Under the pieces are notes generated by a model, which was not told the DNA's origin, ran no database searches, and worked only from the letters and a program-made list of their open reading frames with translations. Below are positions 43,368 through 47,133 of a DNA stretch of 47,133 nt, piece by piece. Both the position numbers and the translations under genes were made by a program. The stretch spans positions 1-47,133 of the IMG/VR virus record IMGVR_UViG_3300032274_000009. The stretch is one strand, 5' to 3'. Each line of letters starts with the position of its first letter. Position 1 is the first letter of the stretch. This DNA is from a virus (taxonomy: Duplodnaviria; Caudoviricetes).

Positions 43368-46300
43368 TTGAATGCCCCTCCTCGGGCCTTGATCGCTTCG
43401 CGGCGTTCCTTGCGCTTCTCTGCCTTGATCGACTTCAGACCGTTCAGAACGATCTTCAGATCCTCTGGCATTGCTGCCTTGTCGATCCGGCTGAAGTAGT
43501 TGACGGTCTCTCCGATCTCCCCCGACCGGACCTTGTCGTGGAGGTAGCGCTTCAGCGCGGCCTGGAGTTCCCTCTCCGTGTCGGCGCTCATGGCCCGGAC
43601 CCCGGTGCTCAGTTGCATTGCCGTCAGGAGGGGAGCCCTCTCCCCACGCACGAAGGATCCGACCAATTTGTCGAGGGTCGAGTCGAGCCTGCTTGTGGGC
43701 AGGGCGTTGAGGAGTTCGTTGGCTGCGCCGTCGATCTCGTAGACCTTCTTGCCGTTGGGGAGGGAGATCTCCTTCGTCAGAACCCGGGGTAGCCATGCAG
43801 GTGCTCGTCGGTAGGCTGCCCACTCCCCACCGAAGTAGAAGGAGCGGTTGGTGATCCCTTCCGCCACGACCTTGATCGGAGGGTTGAGACCTCCGAGGAC
43901 GTTCTGCCTGAAACCCTGCGGGGTAAGGGACCCGAGGATCTGGAGCGTGGACTCCAGGGGGAGGCCCAATCCTAGCAGAAACTCCTGGTTCCCGGCTGCG
44001 TTCTTCCAGGGCAGGGGCAGGGCCAGGCCGGAGCCGATACGCTCCGGGAGAATGCCGGCCTCCTGCTGGTCCTGACCCGCTCGGCGCGTAGCGCCCATGC
44101 CAGATCGGAGCATTCGGAGCCCCACGGTTGGCCCGGTGGCGAGCTCCTTAGACCAGACCGCCGAGTGCGAGGCGAACTTGAAGAAGGGGATAATGTCCCG
44201 CAGCCCGCGCTCGATCTCGGAGTTAATGTTGTATCCCACGAAGGCCCGGTTGGTCTGCTTGACCGCTTGCGCCGGGGTCTTGCCCGAGGCCATGAGGGCG
44301 ATAATCGAGTTCGCACGGAACCGGGTCTCGACCGCGTCGCCCATGTCCGTGCCGAGCTTAATGAACTTCCTGAAGAACTCCTGCGCCTTGCGCGGGCCTG
44401 CGGCCCCGAGGTCCTTGAGGGCCTTGTTCGACCGGAAGACCTCCCGCCCGAGGAAGTCCACGTCCGTGATCTGGCCCATGAGGTCCGTAGCGTTCGCGCC
44501 GGGGCGCCCTGCCACCTGGGGTCCTACCGACATGCGGATCGCGTCGAGGACCTCGTCCGAGGAATACTTGCCGATCTTGACCCCCTCGTCCATGAGGGCC
44601 CTCTGCATGGCTGGCGCAGCCGCAGTGTCGTCCAGAGCCCGCATGAACCGGGTGACTTGCTTCTCGTCAAACCCCAGGCCCGAGAGCTTGCGGACGAGGG
44701 TGGAGTTCCTCATGGCCCCGAGGATCTGGACGAAGCCCTTGGCCCCTACGTCAGGGTTGAAGAGGCCCATGAAGGCCGCGCCAATGGTGTTCCGAGCGTG
44801 GAAGGAGGGGTTGGTCGGGGCCGAGGTCAGCATGGGCTTGAAGAGTTTGTTCAGGCCGGGCCATTGGATCTCGACGTAGTTCTTCCCGTCCACCTGGACG
44901 TTCCTGCGCCGGAGCTTGTAGGCCGCTGCGGAGCCGTCGTCCTTGACGAAGGCGTCCTCGAATTCCTTGGCCCACTTGCCGAAGGCTCCCTCTCGGTTCG
45001 CAGGGATCCGAATCTTACCCCCGCCGAAGATCTTGGTGAAGCTGTCTCGGTCGGAGAGGCCCTTGAACTGGTGCTGGAGGTAGCGCCCCAGGATCGACTG
45101 GTCCCCCTCTTGGAGGCCCGCGCGGCGGAACTTCTGGGCCAGCTTCCCTGCGGCCATGGTCTGGGCGTGGTTCCCCATGCGCTGATTGAAGAGTTGGAAG
45201 ACGTTGAGGTTCTGGTAGCGCTCGGCCAGTTCCGTGAAGACCTCAGGGTCGAGGTGGTCCTCTGCCAGTTTGGCCAGGGCCTTGTTGAAGTCCTCGGGGC
45301 TGAGGTGCTTGCGCGCCTTGGTGGCGGGGTCCGTGGGAGAGAGCGCAGCCTTGAATGCCTTCCGCACGTCCTGCTTCCTCATACCCTCCCCGAGGAGGGC
45401 GTCGTAGAGGCCGGAGATCTGACGGGGCATGTAGACCGTGTTGGTGTCTTGGAGCAGGTCGTTGAAGAAGACCGAGTCCGACTTCCACGGACCCTCAGCC
45501 CGACGGAGATCGTCGGGGATCTGGCGCATTCGGTCTCGCATGGTATTGAGGGCGTGCTCCACGGCAGCGTGCCTCCCAGGGGCGACCCCCGCCTTCGCCT
45601 GCGCCAGGGTGTTCTCCCAGACCCTCTCCTGCATGACCCCGCGGTCGAAGAGTTCGTGGTGGAGGAGGGACGTGTCGTCCGCAGCCCGGGCCTGAAGGAA
45701 GTCGTCTTGGAAGGTGCGAAAGTCCTTGGTCCCCGCGATCACCTCCTCAGCCTCGTCCGCGATCCCTTTGGCGCGAGCCCATTCCCGGAAGGCCCCCTTG
45801 GGGCGGTTCTTCGGTCGGAACCGTGCGAGGTCGGATTTGAGGTTCTTGATCTGCACAGGGGCGTCCGCGAAGGCCAGCCGCACGGCCTCTTGGCCCTCGT
45901 CCCAGGCCTTGGTCATGGCCGCGATCTCTTCAGAGAGTTCCGGGGCGAGCCTCCCTGTCGTGGGGTCAGGGGTCCAGGGCGCTGCGAGTTCTCGGGTGAG
46001 GGACTGAGTCTTGCGGCGGGCGCCCTCGACCTCGAGGGAGAAGTCGTGGGCTGAGTCCCGGAGGCCCTTCGTAATGGAGGGGTCGGTCTCGGTCAGGTGC
46101 CGTCCGAAGAACGCACCCCTGGTAGCCGCGTAGAGGCCCCGTGCGCTCTCTCGAATTGCCTCTGCGGTGCCTGGCATGGTCTTGTCCATGCGACGCATAG
46201 CGAGCCCCGGAGCGCTCAGGCCGAAGGCCTTGCTGCCGAAGCCTTCCGTGAGGAGGGTCTTCTCGAAGCCCGGGACGTTGAGGTAGAGACCCCCCTTGGT

Positions 46301-47104
46301 CGGAATGTGTCCGAGGGACTCGAGGGCCTTGGTGCCCTCGTCGAGGAGGTTGTCGTTCGCGATCTCGTGGAGGCTGCGTGCAGCCCGAGGTCCGATCCGA
46401 CCCCCGTGCTCCGCGTCGAGGAAGATCTTCTCGGCGGCCCTACGCTCGAAGCCCCGCTCCGCACGGATAGCCCGCTTGGGGGTAAGGTCGTCCAGGGAGG
46501 AGATACCCCTGCGCGTAAGGAACTCCGACTCCAGGTTCCTGACCGTGTCGTCCAGCATGGTGCTGCCTGACCGGGTCTTGCGGAGTGCTGACACCACGTC
46601 AGCCTGAGCGGCAATGCGATCCGCTCCCTTGAGGCCTTTGCCCAGACCCCGCACCAGGCCCGAGCCCGAGAGGTAGGTCAGGGGGTCCGTGAGGATCCCA
46701 CCCGCAATGTCGATTGCGGCCTTCTCGAAGGTGCCGAGGTCCCGCTTGGAGAGGACACCCCACTCGTCAAGAACGTCCGTGGTTTCGATCTGGCGCTTGA
46801 GCGGAGCGAGGTCCTCGCTGAACTCATACTTCTCGGGAATGAAGACGTTGGCGATAGAGGTGAGGCCCAGGCGCCGGTCAATGAACCCCCCGGTCGGGAA
46901 GTCGATTGCCATTTGGGCGAGGTTCCGGCCCGCGCTCTCGAAGTCCCCCATGAGGGCTGCCCGGGCAGCGAAGCCCGGACGCCCTAGGAACCGGAGGACG
47001 TTCCCGAAGGTGCTGTTGTCTTCGCCAGGCGAGACAGTGTGAGCGAGGGCCCTGCGATCAATGCCTCCAGGGACCCCGAGTGTGCTGCGGTCGAACCCGG
47101 CCAC
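43364..47104 (-). CDS. Large internal virion/DNA ejection protein (1246 aa)
   Basis: Size and terminal position in the structural arm; FLGRP, ILTDPLTYL, P.FHARN, ERGLRDIIPFF, LNPPIK..AE.ITNRSFYFG motifs. Confidence 0.7.
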   Translation of the reverse strand: MAGFDRSTLGVPGGIDRRALAHTVSPGEDNSTFGNVLRFLGRPGFAARAALMGDFESAGRNLAQMAIDFPTGGFIDRRLGLTSIANVFIPEKYEFSEDLAPLKRQIETTDVLDEWGVLSKRDLGTFEKAAIDIAGGILTDPLTYLSGSGLVRGLGKGLKGADRIAAQADVVSALRKTRSGSTMLDDTVRNLESEFLTRRGISSLDDLTPKRAIRAERGFERRAAEKIFLDAEHGGRIGPRAARSLHEIANDNLLDEGTKALESLGHIPTKGGLYLNVPGFEKTLLTEGFGSKAFGLSAPGLAMRRMDKTMPGTAEAIRESARGLYAATRGAFFGRHLTETDPSITKGLRDSAHDFSLEVEGARRKTQSLTRELAAPWTPDPTTGRLAPELSEEIAAMTKAWDEGQEAVRLAFADAPVQIKNLKSDLARFRPKNRPKGAFREWARAKGIADEAEEVIAGTKDFRTFQDDFLQARAADDTSLLHHELFDRGVMQERVWENTLAQAKAGVAPGRHAAVEHALNTMRDRMRQIPDDLRRAEGPWKSDSVFFNDLLQDTNTVYMPRQISGLYDALLGEGMRKQDVRKAFKAALSPTDPATKARKHLSPEDFNKALAKLAEDHLDPEVFTELAERYQNLNVFQLFNQRMGNHAQTMAAGKLAQKFRRAGLQEGDQSILGRYLQHQFKGLSDRDSFTKIFGGGKIRIPANREGAFGKWAKEFEDAFVKDDGSAAAYKLRRRNVQVDGKNYVEIQWPGLNKLFKPMLTSAPTNPSFHARNTIGAAFMGLFNPDVGAKGFVQILGAMRNSTLVRKLSGLGFDEKQVTRFMRALDDTAAAPAMQRALMDEGVKIGKYSSDEVLDAIRMSVGPQVAGRPGANATDLMGQITDVDFLGREVFRSNKALKDLGAAGPRKAQEFFRKFIKLGTDMGDAVETRFRANSIIALMASGKTPAQAVKQTNRAFVGYNINSEIERGLRDIIPFFKFASHSAVWSKELATGPTVGLRMLRSGMGATRRAGQDQQEAGILPERIGSGLALPLPWKNAAGNQEFLLGLGLPLESTLQILGSLTPQGFRQNVLGGLNPPIKVVAEGITNRSFYFGGEWAAYRRAPAWLPRVLTKEISLPNGKKVYEIDGAANELLNALPTSRLDSTLDKLVGSFVRGERAPLLTAMQLSTGVRAMSADTERELQAALKRYLHDKVRSGEIGETVNYFSRIDKAAMPEDLKIVLNGLKSIKAEKRKERREAIKARGGAFK

Positions 47105-47133
47105 TACTCAATCCCGATTAGCTTGAGAGCCTT
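46695..47133. repeat. Imperfect terminal repeat, copy 2
   Basis: Matches 1-439 at about 94% identity. Confidence 0.95.

Noticed and set aside
44165-46054. Long antisense ORFs (629 aa here; also 12684-14030, 18474-19628, 34337-35419)
   Set aside because: Expected shadows of GC3-rich genes on the opposite strand, with no motifs, RBS or coupling
46695-47133. Genuine direct terminal repeat of the virion DNA
   Set aside because: Copies differ at about 6% of sites, lie mid-gene, and share an exact 127-nt end, which fits an assembly overlap plus a strain variant

Overview
This window is an apparently complete, circularly permuted genome (unit length about 46,694 bp) of a high-GC, podovirus-like tailed phage. 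The host is probably diderm, because the phage encodes a spanin-like pair. The minus-strand arm (22369 to 410, continuing 47104 to 42717) holds the terminase, portal, scaffold, capsid, adaptor, tail nozzle/fibre, lysis and ejection-protein genes. The plus-strand arm (23117-42778) holds a GP88-family protein, serine resolvase, two HNH endonucleases, primase-helicase, Cas4/AddB-like nuclease, C5 methyltransferase, SF2 helicase, SSB-like protein, family A polymerase, dATP/dGTP diphosphohydrolase and a RuvC-like resolvase. A palindrome-rich control region (22370-23116) separates the arms. The most unusual signals are: (1) four dispersed, translationally coupled micro-ORFs sharing the leader (M)IHSEPAY, conserved through synonymous changes and followed by variable Ser-(Trp/Arg/Gly) repeats; (2) no GATG/CATC found anywhere in a manual scan; (3) a methyltransferase split over two fully overlapping frames; (4) an HNH with five 23-aa STPR-like repeats; (5) a sigma-54-like early promoter with enhancer-like palindromes; (6) a tail nozzle gene apparently split by the tail-fibre cassette; (7) an HNH insertion that duplicated the helicase C-terminus; (8) a tRNA-like structured intergenic RNA. 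All product calls come from motif recognition by eye, with no database searches.
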